Source: an uncultured Verrucomicrobiae bacterium (GTDB taxonomy: Bacteria > Verrucomicrobiota > Verrucomicrobiia > Chthoniobacterales > JAFAMB01). Taken from it: a stretch of DNA of 64,000 bases. Within the stretch, counting starts at the first letter, position 1; every line of letters begins with the position of its first letter. The stretch is taken from positions 66,715 through 130,714 of the forward strand of contig CAWEGF010000023.1 in the NCBI GenBank assembly GCA_963808535.1. The letters run 5' to 3'. Below the pieces are notes generated by a model. It ran no database searches. It saw only the letters and a list, made by a program, of their open reading frames with translations, and was not told the DNA's origin. Below, piece by piece: positions 21,313 through 32,186 of this stretch. A program made the position numbers and the translations under genes.

Positions 21313-23308
21313 GTGCGACTTTTTGATCTGAATCCACAACAACTCGAAGCGGTCAAAGCCACTCGAGGACCAGTTTTGATTCTGGCAGGCGCGGGAACCG
21401 GAAAAACCCGCGTGATCACCGCCCGGATCGCTTACCTTTTAAGCGAAGGCGTCTCCGCAGATAAAATCCTCGCGGTGACCTTTACCAACAAGGCCGCCAA
21501 CGAGATGCGCAAAAGAGTGGCGGCCATGCGGGAGAACACCAAGGGCTCCAAGCTGACTATTTGTACCTTTCACGCCCTCTGCGTGCGAATCCTTCGCCAA
21601 GATATCGACCAGCTCGGCTATAAGTCGACGTTTTCCATTTACGATGAATCCGACCAGTTAGGACTGATCCGCAAAATAATCACCCGTTTGGCCGCCGCGA
21701 GCGAAAAGTTAGATCCAAACGTGGCGCGGAGCTTCATCAGTAAAATCAAAAATCAAGGGCGCAAAATACTTCCCTCCGAACAAACTTTAGAGGCGGCCGT
21801 CTTCCGGCGTTATCAGGAAGAGTTAAAAACTTTCAACGCCGTAGACTTCGACGACCTTCTCATCCTGGCCGTTCAATTGTTAAACGAGTTTCCTGACGTT
21901 CGAACCAGATGGCAAAATCGCTTCGACTTTATGATGGTCGACGAATTCCAGGACACCAACCGGCTACAACTTGACCTGGTTCGTCAACTTGGAGGAAGCC
22001 ACCGCAACGTCTGTGTGGTTGGTGATGATGATCAGAGCATCTACGGATGGCGGGGAGCTGAGATCTCTAACATTCTCGAGTTCGAACGGGATTTTCCAAA
22101 TCCGAAAATTGTTAAGCTCGAACAAAACTACCGAAGCACCAGTGCGATCCTCGGCGCCGCGAACAGCATCATCCGGCATAACCCGCGCAGAAGACCAAAA
22201 TCGCTCTGGTGTGAGAACGGCGACGGGCAACCGGTGCGGCTGGTGCAGGTCCCAGACGATCGGGAGGAAGCTAACTACGTAGTCGGGGAAATTCAGAAAC
22301 AACAGTTAGCTGAGCAGTGTCGCTGGGCGGAGTTCGCGGTGATCTTCCGGATGAACGCCCAATCCCGGTTGGTCGAGGAGAATTTGCGACGTCTCCATAT
22401 CCCTTATCGAGTCGTCGGCGGACGCAGCTTTTTTGAGCGGCGCGAAGTGAAAGACCTGCTGGCTTATTTGTCCTGCCTAGTCAATCCCCAGGATGACGTC
22501 AGCTTGTTACGAATTGTTAATACGCCGGCTCGCGGCATCGGCGCCTCAACGATTGAGCTAGCGATCCAGGAAAGTAACAAGACTAATCAAAGCGTCTTTG
22601 AAACTCTAGTCTCAGAGCCATTCCAGCATCTGCTCTCCCAGCGGACTCGGGAAGCCATTCGGAAGTTTACGGAACTCATTGACGAATTTGAGACCAAAAT
22701 GTCTGAACCGCTGACCAATTTTTCCAAAGTTGTCGAAGAATTGTTGCGGCAGATAGATTATTTCCAGGATCTCCGACGCGGCTGTAAGACTCCTGAAGAA
22801 TCACTTAACCGCGAAGAGAATGTGCGAGAACTGATCCGCGCGATCGCGGAATATCAATCCCGGTCAACCGAGGGTTTACCTGGATTTCTGGCGGAGACAG
22901 CGCTGGATCGGGAACGTCAGGAAGAGCCCGAAAAGAGCGCCGATGGGGTGACCCTCATCACCTTTCACGCAGCAAAAGGGCTCGAGTTTTCTCAGGTTTT
23001 TTTGCTCGGCTTGGAAGAGGGTCTGTTACCTCATAGCCGATCCAAGCTGGAAGGTAACCTGGACGAAGAGCGACGTCTTTTTTACGTTGGAATTACCCGG
23101 GCGAAAGCGCGGGCTGACGGTCACCCATTGTACGAACCGCCTCAAGTATGGCAGTCCGGCTCCTTGTCATCCGAGTTCATTTTTAAAAGACCTGGATTCG
23201 CGTTTCACCGAGGTTCTTAACTTTCATGAACTGACAAACAAACCAGCCGGCGAAGGAACGGCTAAATTACATTTTGCCAAGATGCGAGAATTGCTCGGAG
23301 GAAGTTAA
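21313..23308 (+). CDS. UvrD/PcrA-type SF1 ATP-dependent DNA helicase, frame broken near 23104-23108
   Basis: ORFs 21235..23220 and 23087..23308 carry AGAGTGKT, MVDEFQDTN, VGDDDQSIYGWRGA, TFHAAKGLEF, YVGITRAK. Start set at GTG 21313, just after the hairpin. Junction is ..YVGITRAK / RGLTVTHCTNR... Confidence 0.85.
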
Positions 23309-23481
23309 GAAGAAAAGAGAAGAAGTTAACCACAGATTTCGCAGATTACACAGATTCGGAAGAATGAGTTTGGGTTTAGGATTTGGTGACGGCTTGGCGT
23401 GATGGAACGGATCTGCGGATGCTCAGCGCTCCTCGTCCGCTTTCTTGGAGACGAAAGACCGGGCCCGGCTGAGAATTCGGC

Positions 23482-24771
23482 TCAAGTGATCTTGGTATCG
23501 ACCCCGGTCCGCAAAACTGGCCGGGGTTCCGTCTCGAGCGTTAGATGGAATCCCGCGGCATGATAGGCGGTAGCAGTAGAATTGAAACCATTTGTTAGGC
23601 CCCAGACTAAACCGCTTCGGTGATTCTCAATCGCCAAGAGTACCATCCCGAGATCGATCCCGATAACGTCGCGATCAAACCAATTTCGATCAATGTTGAA
23701 CGCATTGGCGAACCCATACTTCCCCCAGAGATTTGATTCAAACTTATCATAGAACAAGCGAGCAACTGATCGGGCCAGCTCCGGTTCGAAGGTTATCGAG
23801 GCGATTGCCCCAGTTGGCGATACCGTGCCGTCGTCTGGTCCGTCGATAGCGCCGTAGGGGGCATATCCGGCTGGACCATCGCTGGCATTGATTCCCCAAA
23901 AACCTTGGGCGTAGGTTTGGATTTCTGCCGCTCGGTCTTGGCAATACTGGCGATGAATCTTCATCGCATTGGCCGACGATACCCAATAATCAAATCCCAA
24001 TTTATCTCGTTGATTTCGGAAATAGAAGAATCCGGATGGCATTTGATGAATGAAAATCGGCCCTCCTTTAAGGGATTCAGTTCCGGCATAGGTTTGCAAG
24101 GGACGGGCGATCGCTTCCCACGCTGCGGCCGGCAAGGGGTTAACCGAGGCGCCGAGGCCAAGCAAGTAGAGGAGGATCGCTTCGCTATAGGCTCCATAGT
24201 CATAACCGATGAAGCCAGACTCTGGTCTCCAGCCATGCGATAGCACTCTCTTGTCTGGCTTGGTGCCGTCATTTGTCAACATCCACCACCAGTCAATTCT
24301 TCGGTAAAGGGCTTCGGCTAACTCAGAAATATCAATCGTCGAAGCATCGCCGGCAAAATATTGACCACACACAATGGCGCCGGCCACCACGAGACCAGTG
24401 TCGATGCTGGAAAATTCGCTTTTCCAAAAACGCTGGCCATTCCGCTTATCGACGAAGTGAAACATCCATCCGTGCTGATGCGGCATCGACAACAGGAATC
24501 GAAGAGTAACGCGGGCCCGAGCAGCGGCTTCGTGTCGGTCTAACCAGCCATGTTCCACTCCGATGGGCAGCGCCGCCAAGCCGTACCCGGTGGCCGCGAT
24601 GGATGCGGCAACATATTCGTCTGCTCCGAAGTTATTGGCGCGGTCGTTAACTAGCCCAGTGCCGGGATCAGCCTTTTCCCAAAAATAGAGAACCGCACGA
24701 CGCTGCAGTTCCCCTAAAAGTTGTTCATCATTCGTGATAAGTGTTTTTGGCGGGGAATTTCGCTTATTCAC
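23482..24771 (-). CDS. glucoamylase-family / GH144-like (DUF3131) beta-glucanase-like protein
   Basis: 429-aa ORF. The N-terminal LQRRAVLYFWEKADPGTGLVNDRA and overall pattern recall the DUF3131/GH144 endo-beta-1,2-glucanase family. Assignment is from memory of that family. Confidence 0.5.
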   Translation of the reverse strand: MNKRNSPPKTLITNDEQLLGELQRRAVLYFWEKADPGTGLVNDRANNFGADEYVAASIAATGYGLAALPIGVEHGWLDRHEAAARARVTLRFLLSMPHQHGWMFHFVDKRNGQRFWKSEFSSIDTGLVVAGAIVCGQYFAGDASTIDISELAEALYRRIDWWWMLTNDGTKPDKRVLSHGWRPESGFIGYDYGAYSEAILLYLLGLGASVNPLPAAAWEAIARPLQTYAGTESLKGGPIFIHQMPSGFFYFRNQRDKLGFDYWVSSANAMKIHRQYCQDRAAEIQTYAQGFWGINASDGPAGYAPYGAIDGPDDGTVSPTGAIASITFEPELARSVARLFYDKFESNLWGKYGFANAFNIDRNWFDRDVIGIDLGMVLLAIENHRSGLVWGLTNGFNSTATAYHAAGFHLTLETEPRPVLRTGVDTKIT

Positions 24772-24892
24772 GACTAACCATTATCAGGGAGCTAGGACGG
24801 ATTAACGAAAATTATTGGCAGAATCTTCGAGCGCGCACCATCAAGAGTAAAATAGGCACCCTCGACACCCGCAAAACTCGGATTATCCGCGG

Positions 24893-25846
24893 CTATTCGA
24901 TCAACTCGAAATGGCTCATCACTTTGAACAATTCGTATCTTTCGTCGATTTCCTCCCTGGAAAGCGTTTTCAGTCGATCCAAGCTGAATGATTCAACGCA
25001 GAAACTGGCCAGTAAACTGCCATAAACGACCGCCTTCTTCAGATCGGCAAATTCGAAGACCTTCTTTTCCAGGCCCGCTAGATATCCCGCAAAACCACCG
25101 GCAAAAGTATCGCCGGCCCCGGTCGGATCATGGATGTCTTCGAGAGGAAACGCTCCGCAACTGAAAAAATGGTCTTTGCTCAATAGCAAACACCCGTGTT
25201 CGCCCTTTTTGATGGCGACAAATTCCGGGCCGAGTTGCATCAGTTTTCGACCTGCCCTGATCAAACTGGTCTCGGTCGTAAGTTGTCGGGCTTCGCTGTC
25301 GTTCAAGACCAGAAGATCCACCCGTTTGAGCAAGTCAATGAGTGCCGGCTTGGTGGTGGAGATCCAGAGATCCATCGTGTCCGCGACCACAAACTGAGGA
25401 TTTTCCACCTGATCAAGAACGTGGTTTTGCAAAACGGGACTGATATTCCCCAACAAAATAATCGGCGTCCGCTTGTAAGCCTCTGGGATTTTCGGCTTGA
25501 AGTTCTCAAACACATTCAGTTCCAGATCCAGCGTCTTGCGCTGATTCATGTCCCACTCGTATTCGCCGGACCATCGGAACGTTCTCCCGTCGGCCACCTC
25601 CAAACCATTCAGGTTAATGCCTCGCGACTTGAAAAGTTCGATATATTCCGGTGGAAAATCTGTCCCGACGATCCCCACCAGGTTTACCGGCGAAAAAAAA
25701 CTCGCCCCGATCGATGCGTAAGAAGCGGCGCCTCCCAAGACTTCTTGCCGCTCTTCGAGCTGCGTCTTGACACTATCGATAGCAACGGAACCAACAATGA
25801 GAACTGGCATAGGCTGTTTTTTTAAAGCGCGGATTCCGTTTAGCAC
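24893..25846 (-). CDS. PfkB family carbohydrate kinase
   Basis: 317-aa ORF with the PfkB signature DPTGAGDTFAGGF near the C-terminus. Confidence 0.8.
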   Translation of the reverse strand: MLNGIRALKKQPMPVLIVGSVAIDSVKTQLEERQEVLGGAASYASIGASFFSPVNLVGIVGTDFPPEYIELFKSRGINLNGLEVADGRTFRWSGEYEWDMNQRKTLDLELNVFENFKPKIPEAYKRTPIILLGNISPVLQNHVLDQVENPQFVVADTMDLWISTTKPALIDLLKRVDLLVLNDSEARQLTTETSLIRAGRKLMQLGPEFVAIKKGEHGCLLLSKDHFFSCGAFPLEDIHDPTGAGDTFAGGFAGYLAGLEKKVFEFADLKKAVVYGSLLASFCVESFSLDRLKTLSREEIDERYELFKVMSHFELIE

Positions 25847-25857
25847 ATTCCCGGTGG

Positions 25858-26541
25858 TCAGTCGCCTGCTTTCCGAGTGAACGGAACAAATCGAACCGGG
25901 CAGATCGCTTGCCGTTGCAGTTTCCCCGCCTGCTTTTCAACCAGCCAAAGTTGCTGATCTTGAGCATTCCCGATCGGAATTACCAGGCGGCCACCTTCCC
26001 GCAATTGGCTGGTCAAGGATGGCGGGATATGGTCCAAGGCCGCAGCGACCGTGATGGCGTCGAACGGTGCTTGCTCCGGCCAACCGTGGTAGCCATCACC
26101 GCTTTTCACGATAATGTTTTGGTATCCAAGGCGGCGCAAATCGCCGGTGGCGCGGAAAATCAATTCATCGACGATTTCGATCGAGAAAATTTGCCTCACC
26201 AATCGTGACAGGACCGCTGCCTGGTAACCCGATCCAGTACCCACCTCAAGCACGCGGTCGGACGATTCCAGCAATAGACGTTCCAAGATAAATGCGACGA
26301 TGTAGGGTTGGGAAATGGTCTGGCCAAAACCAATCGGGAGAGGCCGGTCCTCGTAGGCTTCCGCCCGGGCTTCAATGGGCACGAACTCATGGCGAGGCAC
26401 CTCTTGCATCGCCTGGATCACCCGCTGGTCGCTGATTCCCCGGCGGGCGATCTGCCCAACGACCATCTTGCGACGTTCTTCCTGGTAGTTCTGGCCTTGA
26501 ACTACCGCGCTATCCGTCCCGGCCGACAGTAACGAGATCAC
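25858..26541 (-). CDS. pcm: protein-L-isoaspartate O-methyltransferase
   Basis: 227-aa ORF: QTISQPYIVA, SAM-binding LEVGTGSGYQAAVL, and the length fit Pcm. Confidence 0.85.
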   Translation of the reverse strand: MISLLSAGTDSAVVQGQNYQEERRKMVVGQIARRGISDQRVIQAMQEVPRHEFVPIEARAEAYEDRPLPIGFGQTISQPYIVAFILERLLLESSDRVLEVGTGSGYQAAVLSRLVRQIFSIEIVDELIFRATGDLRRLGYQNIIVKSGDGYHGWPEQAPFDAITVAAALDHIPPSLTSQLREGGRLVIPIGNAQDQQLWLVEKQAGKLQRQAICPVRFVPFTRKAGD

Positions 26542-26575
26542 AATAGTTAAATTAGCTTAACTCCAGGTCCGGACT

Positions 26576-27118
26576 TCAAGATTTTAAACTCTTTACGCCA
26601 AACTCGCTGAAGACGGCTTCAAAGCCACCTCCGTCCGGAGCCGCCACCATTCGTCCCACTTCGAGTTCGTCGGCAGTCGAAAGATAAGCAGTCCTAAACA
26701 TGACCCAACTACCATCGGAAGCAAAATATTCGATGGTGATGGCGCCCCCTTCCCTTTTCAGTCTTAGTCGAAGAGACCCGTGGTAAGCATGAAGAGGTAC
26801 CACTGACCAATCCGAATAATCCCGGGTTACCACCGCGCTGACATGATGTATCCCATTTACGAATTCGATCCCGGTCTTCATCCAGGTTGTTTCGTCGAGG
26901 CGGACCATCAATCCAGCCTGATCGTAGAGGCTTTCGTATTTCCCGCGAAACTCGGTCTCGATCTCAAAGTTCCCGGAAACCTTTTCGTAATAAAAATGTC
27001 CATTGTCCCGGACAAAGCCGTAATGCGTTTTGCGCCAGAAATCGGTATGGGCATCGGCAAAAACGGAAAGCTGACCGCCTTCTTGTTTCCAGTTTTGGGG
27101 TTCGTTTAACCAGGTCAT
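26576..27118 (-). CDS. DUF1349 domain-containing protein
   Basis: 180-aa ORF starting MTWLNEPQNWK..., FWRKTHYGF, typical of DUF1349. Confidence 0.6.
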   Translation of the reverse strand: MTWLNEPQNWKQEGGQLSVFADAHTDFWRKTHYGFVRDNGHFYYEKVSGNFEIETEFRGKYESLYDQAGLMVRLDETTWMKTGIEFVNGIHHVSAVVTRDYSDWSVVPLHAYHGSLRLRLKREGGAITIEYFASDGSWVMFRTAYLSTADELEVGRMVAAPDGGGFEAVFSEFGVKSLKS

Positions 27119-27168
27119 GAGTTTTTCTATCGTCCTTCGCTAAAAATGGCGATGGTATCGTTTCGAGG

Positions 27169-27828
27169 TTATACCGCTCCTGCTGATCGCTGCGCCTCGG
27201 TGTCAACGGAGAGCGCCGATTTAATTTGGGCTGTCCGATTCGCTATGTCCGAAGCAAGAAGAAGATCGGAAACAATGCAGACCCGCTGGGCACCGGCACG
27301 GATAATCTCTCGGAGGTTCCCGAATTTTACCCCGCCAATACAATAGATTGGCAGGCTGACCCTCTCATGCAGTCTCCGAAGCTCGCCGAGACCGATCGCC
27401 TTGGCGGTGGGTTTGGTTCCGGTCGGGAACAATGGCCCGAAGCCTAGATAATCCGCTCCTTCTCGCTCTGCGTTTTCGGCCTGCTCCACCGTGTGCGTGG
27501 ACTTTCCAACGAGACAAGGACGACCTGCCAGCTCGCGAGCTTCGCTGACCTCGAAATCATCCTGGCCCACGTGGCATCCTTCAACGTCTACCAGTTTCAG
27601 CAGATCAGGGTAATCGTTCAGGATCAGCGGTACTCCAACCGCCTTGGTCAGCGGCAGCATGGCCTCCGCGTATTTCACAATTTCCGTTTTTGGGTGCCCT
27701 TTCGCCCGAAGCTGCAAAATATCAATCCCTCCCAGGAGAAGTTGAGCAGTCACCGTTGCCACCTGGTCGGGGGCCACGTACCCTAAATCTAGAATTCCGT
27801 ATAAGAAACAGCGACTGAGTGGGTTCAC
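27169..27828 (-). CDS. thiE: thiamine phosphate synthase
   Basis: 219-aa ORF with the ThiE-like pattern ([28 protein letters not shown]). Overlaps accC by 4 nt. Confidence 0.8.
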   Translation of the reverse strand: MNPLSRCFLYGILDLGYVAPDQVATVTAQLLLGGIDILQLRAKGHPKTEIVKYAEAMLPLTKAVGVPLILNDYPDLLKLVDVEGCHVGQDDFEVSEARELAGRPCLVGKSTHTVEQAENAEREGADYLGFGPLFPTGTKPTAKAIGLGELRRLHERVSLPIYCIGGVKFGNLREIIRAGAQRVCIVSDLLLASDIANRTAQIKSALSVDTEAQRSAGAV

Positions 27829-29189
27829 AGTTTCATCTCGAGCCGTTTTGGGCCATTCATTTTTTCGACGAAGCTGGTGTCGAAATCTCCGCGGATAAAA
27901 TCGGGGTGATGCATGATTTCCGTTTGAAACGGGATCGTCGTTTTGATTCCGGAAATCAGATACTCACCGAGTGCACGCGTCATCCGCCGGATGGCCGATT
28001 CACGGGTAGATCCGACGCATATTAATTTGGCAATCATCGAATCATAGTACGGCGGGACCGTATATTTCGAATAAGCGTGGGAATCTACTCGGACACCTCG
28101 GCCACCTGGAGCATAATAGAGATCGATCGTTCCGGGACTTGGTTGAAAATTATTAGCCGGATCTTCCGCGTTGATTCGACATTCGATGGCGTGACTGCGC
28201 GGCTGCGCGCTCGCAATGTGTTCAGAGAGATGTTCACCAGCGGCAATCAAAATCTGTTCCTTTACCAAGTCACAACCGTAGACCTCTTCCGTGACCGGAT
28301 GTTCGACCTGGATGCGGGTGTTCATCTCCATAAAGTAAAAATTTCCCTGGCGATCGACGAGAAACTCAATCGTCCCGGCGTTTTCGTATCCAACCGCCTT
28401 GGCGATTCTCACTGAGCAATCACCCATCACTTTACGAAGTTTCTTGTCGACAAATGGAGAGGGGCATTCTTCAACAATTTTCTGGTTTCTTCTCTGGATC
28501 GAACAGTCGCGCTCGCCCAGATGTACCAATCGACCATGGCTATCGCCGATGACCTGGAATTCAATGTGATGCGGCCGGTCAATCAGCTTCTCAATATAGA
28601 CTCCGCCGTTCCCGAACGCTTTCTCCGCTTCGCCGCGGGCAGCGTAAAATCCTTGCACCAAGCTGACATCGTTATGTGCTCCGCGCATCCCTCGTCCACC
28701 GCCTCCCGCGATTGCCTTGATCATCACGGGATAGCCAATTTGCTTCGCAACTTTCAAGGCCTCTTTCTCGCTCTCGACTACCCCTTCGCTGCCAGGTGAG
28801 ACGGGGAGGCCCGCTTTTATGGCTTGCTCTCGGGCCGCGTTCTTGTCGCCCATCATTCGAATGGCCGCTGGCGAAGGTCCGATAAATTTGATGTTACAGC
28901 TGGCACAAATCTCCGCGAAATGCGCATTTTCCGCCAGAAAACCGTATCCGGGGTGAATCGCATCCGCATCACTGATCTCGGCGGCGCTGATAATCCGATC
29001 GATTTTTAGATAGCTTTCCGAGCTTGGCGGCCGACCGATACACACCGATTGATCGGCGAGTTGGACATGCAGGGAGTCAACGTCGGCTTCGGAATAGACG
29101 GCTACAGTCGGAATCCCCAATTCTTTACACGCTCGGATAATCCGCAGCGCGATCTCGCCGCGGTTGGCAATCAGGACTTTGTTAAACAC
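27825..29189 (-). CDS. accC: acetyl-CoA carboxylase, biotin carboxylase subunit
   Basis: 454-aa ORF: [29 protein letters not shown]-grasp motifs, [14 protein letters not shown]. Confidence 0.92.
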   Translation of the reverse strand: MFNKVLIANRGEIALRIIRACKELGIPTVAVYSEADVDSLHVQLADQSVCIGRPPSSESYLKIDRIISAAEISDADAIHPGYGFLAENAHFAEICASCNIKFIGPSPAAIRMMGDKNAAREQAIKAGLPVSPGSEGVVESEKEALKVAKQIGYPVMIKAIAGGGGRGMRGAHNDVSLVQGFYAARGEAEKAFGNGGVYIEKLIDRPHHIEFQVIGDSHGRLVHLGERDCSIQRRNQKIVEECPSPFVDKKLRKVMGDCSVRIAKAVGYENAGTIEFLVDRQGNFYFMEMNTRIQVEHPVTEEVYGCDLVKEQILIAAGEHLSEHIASAQPRSHAIECRINAEDPANNFQPSPGTIDLYYAPGGRGVRVDSHAYSKYTVPPYYDSMIAKLICVGSTRESAIRRMTRALGEYLISGIKTTIPFQTEIMHHPDFIRGDFDTSFVEKMNGPKRLEMKL

Positions 29190-29191
29190 GA

Positions 29192-29653
29192 TTACTTTAC
29201 CCGGAACAGTGGCTGACCAAATTGCACCGCGGCGCCGTTCTCGACCAAGACCTCAGTGATGACCCCTTTTACTTCGGCTTTGATCTCGTTCATAACTTTC
29301 ATCGCCTCAATGATACAAACCACGCTCTCTTCTGCGACTTCCTGACCCTCTTTGACGTAGGGCGCAGAATCCGGCGAAGGCGCGCGATAAAAAGTTCCAA
29401 CCATCGGAGAAACGACTTCTTTGTGGTCCGCAGGCGTCTCCACCGGTCCACCCGGAGGAGTGGTCTGGGGCGGAGTGTAGCCTACCGTGGGAGTGCTGGC
29501 GACGGTCGGAGGTGCTGGGAGAACCGAAACGAAGGAGGGCGGCGGGCGATGCGCTTCCAGCTCGATCTTGAAACCTTCCTTCTCGAGCTTGAAAACGGCC
29601 AGATCGTTCTTTTTCATCAAATCGATGATGGCTCTGATGTCTTTTAGTTCCAA
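29192..29653 (-). CDS. accB: acetyl-CoA carboxylase, biotin carboxyl carrier protein
   Basis: 153-aa ORF with a Pro/Ala/Thr linker and the biotinylation motif EAMKVMNEI. Confidence 0.9.
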   Translation of the reverse strand: MELKDIRAIIDLMKKNDLAVFKLEKEGFKIELEAHRPPPSFVSVLPAPPTVASTPTVGYTPPQTTPPGGPVETPADHKEVVSPMVGTFYRAPSPDSAPYVKEGQEVAEESVVCIIEAMKVMNEIKAEVKGVITEVLVENGAAVQFGQPLFRVK

Positions 29654-29744
29654 AGTGTTATCTCCTGGTAGGGGTACGGACGCATGTTAGGCAACGTGAG
29701 GAAGGTCAAGCAAGCAGTTCTTCGCCCTCAATGCGCGGACCTTT

Positions 29745-30377
29745 ATGGATAATAAGTGGACGATTTCAAAACGCCAAACGCAGTTACAACAACACGTCAA
29801 TTCGCTCAACACCTGTCGGAAATGCCCGAACATGAAATCGGTTCCGGTTTCCGGCGGCCCGGTCTTGAGCCGGGTGATGCTGGTCGGACAAGCGCCCGGC
29901 GTAAAAGAGCCACTCCTCGGACGCCCCTTCGCCTGGACCGCAGGCAAAGCGATGTTCAAATGGTTCGAGCAGGAAGTCGGCGTTACCGAAGCCGAGTTTC
30001 GGAAAACGGTGTATATGGCTGCCGTCTGCCGTTGTTTTCCCGGCAAAAATTCCCAAGGTGGGGATCGTGTTCCCTCCAGGCAGGAGGTCGCATCGTGCAG
30101 CGAATGGCTTCGAGCAGAGATGTCAATTTTGCGACCTGGACTGGTGATTGCCGTCGGTAAACTGGCCATCGGCCAATTCCTGGATGAATTGCCGATGCTA
30201 ACGGATTTGGTCGGGCAAATGGTGCATCTGGAAAAATTCGGCTTCCACCTCGACCTGGTTCCTTTACCTCATCCGTCCGGCGCGTCGCCCTGGCCCCGGA
30301 TCGAGCCCGGCAAGACCCTGACCAAGAAGGCCCTCGCTTTGATCAAAAATCATCCGGCCTGGATCTCGAGAGTCTAA
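29745..30377 (+). CDS. uracil-DNA glycosylase family protein (family 4/5-like)
   Basis: 210-aa ORF with CRKCPNM, VMLVGQAPG, PLPHPSGASPW. Confidence 0.75.
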   Translation: MDNKWTISKRQTQLQQHVNSLNTCRKCPNMKSVPVSGGPVLSRVMLVGQAPGVKEPLLGRPFAWTAGKAMFKWFEQEVGVTEAEFRKTVYMAAVCRCFPGKNSQGGDRVPSRQEVASCSEWLRAEMSILRPGLVIAVGKLAIGQFLDELPMLTDLVGQMVHLEKFGFHLDLVPLPHPSGASPWPRIEPGKTLTKKALALIKNHPAWISRV

Positions 30378-30539
30378 AGGGCGCAGAGGGGGAGGGAGAG
30401 CACGGAGGAGAAATTATTTACCACAGAGACACAGAGAACACGGAGTTTTCTAAAAATTCAGATATCCGGAACTCCGCGACCTCTGTGTCTCTGTGGTAAA
30501 TAATTTCTCCTCCGTGCTCTCCCTCCCCCTCTGCGCCCT
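30378..30539. repeat. perfect 59-nt-arm palindrome (CACAGAGACACAGAG family) filling the convergent udg/corA gap
   Basis: 30378-30436 AGGGCGCAGAGGGGGAGGGAGAGCACGGAGGAGAAATTATTTACCACAGAGACACAGAG is, by eye, the exact reverse complement of 30481-30539. The 44-nt spacer has its own CGGAGTT/AACTCCG pairing. The related element is at 46937-47170. Confidence 0.9.
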
Positions 30540-30543
30540 GAAT

Positions 30544-31615
30544 TCAAAGCCACTTCTTCCGTCGGAAGAAAACAATCATTCCGCCCGCTACGCTTAGCAT
30601 CAAACAAATCGCGAACGGATAGCCGAGAGGCCATTCGAGTTCCGGCATATTGAGTGGGCCTCGCTTCGGATCGAAGTTCATTCCATATATCCCGGCGATA
30701 AACGTCAGGGGAATGAAAATCGAAGTAATGACGGTAAGAACCCGCATGATCTCGCTGGTCCGAATGTTGATGCTCGTCAGGTAGAGGTCCATGAAACCGC
30801 GGGTGGTATCTCGAAAAGACTCCAGCAAATCCAGCATCACGACGGTGTTGTCGTAACAGTCGCGCAAATACGGCTTGGTGCGTTCCGCCACCAGACCACT
30901 TTCGTTCCGTACTAATTGGCTCAGGACATCGCGCTGCGGCCAAATCGCTTGTCGAATTCGAGCAATGAGTTTTTTGAATTCGTGCAGTTCGTTCACTCTT
31001 TCTCGCGTCGGCCGATCAAGGAGCGTCTGTTGAAAATCGTCCATTGATTCGCTTAACGATTCGATGATCGGAAAGTATTGATCGGTCATGGCATCGATCA
31101 CGGCATAGGCCAGGTAGTCAGCCCTCATAAACCGCGCGTTTCCTAACCCTTCCCGCAATCGCTGACGCAAAGGATTAAGCACATCGCTCGAGCGCTCCTG
31201 GACAGTGATCACGATTCTTTCCATAAGCACGATGCTAACCTGCTCGAATATGACCTCCTCTCGATTGCTCTGGTAAGCCATATGGAGCACGATGAAAAGC
31301 TGCCGGTCATACTCATCGACTTTCGGGCGTTGCCCCAGATTGAGCATGTCTTCCAGAGCGAGCGGATGGATTCGAAACTGGAGTGCTAACTGCTGAAAAA
31401 ACTCGATATCGCCCAACCCATCGATATTGATCCAGCTGATCTTTTCACTTTCGAGATGGGGCAACAGATCATTAATCGTCTCAATTTTATCGTTCCTGGA
31501 AAGAGTAGGCGTCGTACTCGCAGAGCGAGATCACCGGTTTCACGTCTTGGTACTCTGGCGGAACCATCAGGGTAGCTGGCGCGGTTCCAGGAGGGGGATA
31601 ACGCAGTTTGTCCAT
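30544..31615 (-). CDS. corA: magnesium/cobalt transporter CorA, frame broken near 31487-31495
   Basis: ORF 30544..31464 has the YGMNF motif and two C-terminal TM helices but lacks about 45 N-terminal residues. A 42-codon ORF (31487..31615, MDKLRYPPPGTAPATLMVPPEYQDVKPVISLCEYDAYSFQER*) supplies a CorA-like N-terminus one frame away. Confidence 0.85.
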
Positions 31616-31703
31616 GGGGAAACGCTCCTTCTCTAGCCCGCTCGCACCGCCTCGCCAAAACCTGATCTTAGTCGCGACTCAGAGAGACTATTCCTCCAGG
31701 TCA

Positions 31704-31928
31704 TTAACGAGGCCCTCTCCAAAGCGCCGCATCAACGGCGGCCAGAATGTGACCTATCCAACCCAGCAATCCGAAAGATATGACCCAAAGGATCCCCGAA
31801 AATATAAACTGCAGCGCCGCCGACAAAATTCGACCCTGCGCCAGTTGCCCAAGCCCAGGAACAATTAGACTAGCCAACGCCGCAATAACATTTCCGCCCG
31901 ACCCCGGGCCCGCTATTAAGTCCTGCAT
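31704..31928 (-). CDS. small membrane protein, TM2-domain-like (paralog 1)
   Basis: 74-aa ORF with two hydrophobic helices and a PGLGQ motif. It is clearly alignable with the neighbouring 65-aa ORF. Confidence 0.55.
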   Translation of the reverse strand: MQDLIAGPGSGGNVIAALASLIVPGLGQLAQGRILSAALQFIFSGILWVISFGLLGWIGHILAAVDAALWRGPR

Positions 31929-31949
31929 AAATTCTCGCTCCGGAACGGT

Positions 31950-32147
31950 CTAACGCGCTTTCCAACGGGCCGCGTCAATACAGGAAAAGATGTGTCCGAG
32001 CCAACCCAGCCAGATCAGCCAGAGTAGCCCGGTGACGACGAAATGCACGAGCGCTGAGAGAACCCGGCCTTGAATCAACTGACCCAGGCCAGGAATGAAA
32101 AAACTCACAAGTGCCGCGATGACATTACCGGTGGAACCTTGACTCAT
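31950..32147 (-). CDS. small membrane protein, TM2-domain-like (paralog 2)
   Basis: 65-aa ORF GNVIAALVSFFIPGLGQLIQGRVLSAL..., tandem paralog of 31704..31928. Confidence 0.55.
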   Translation of the reverse strand: MSQGSTGNVIAALVSFFIPGLGQLIQGRVLSALVHFVVTGLLWLIWLGWLGHIFSCIDAARWKAR

Positions 32148-32186
32148 AACATTATTGAATTGTGGATATAATCCAGGATAATCAGT

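Noticed and set aside
23325-23358. TTAACCACAGATTTCGCAGATTACACAGATTCGG after uvrD/pcrA as a third member of the CACAGAG palindrome family
   Set aside because: It has a similar word style but a different sequence, and no clear inverted partner is nearby. It is a solo or degenerate element and not worth a separate call.
30458-30943. 161-aa ORF overlapping the 3' end of corA and the palindrome
   Set aside because: It runs out of frame through corA and starts inside the palindrome. Its Arg/Gly-rich composition is typical of an off-frame reading of GC-rich coding DNA.
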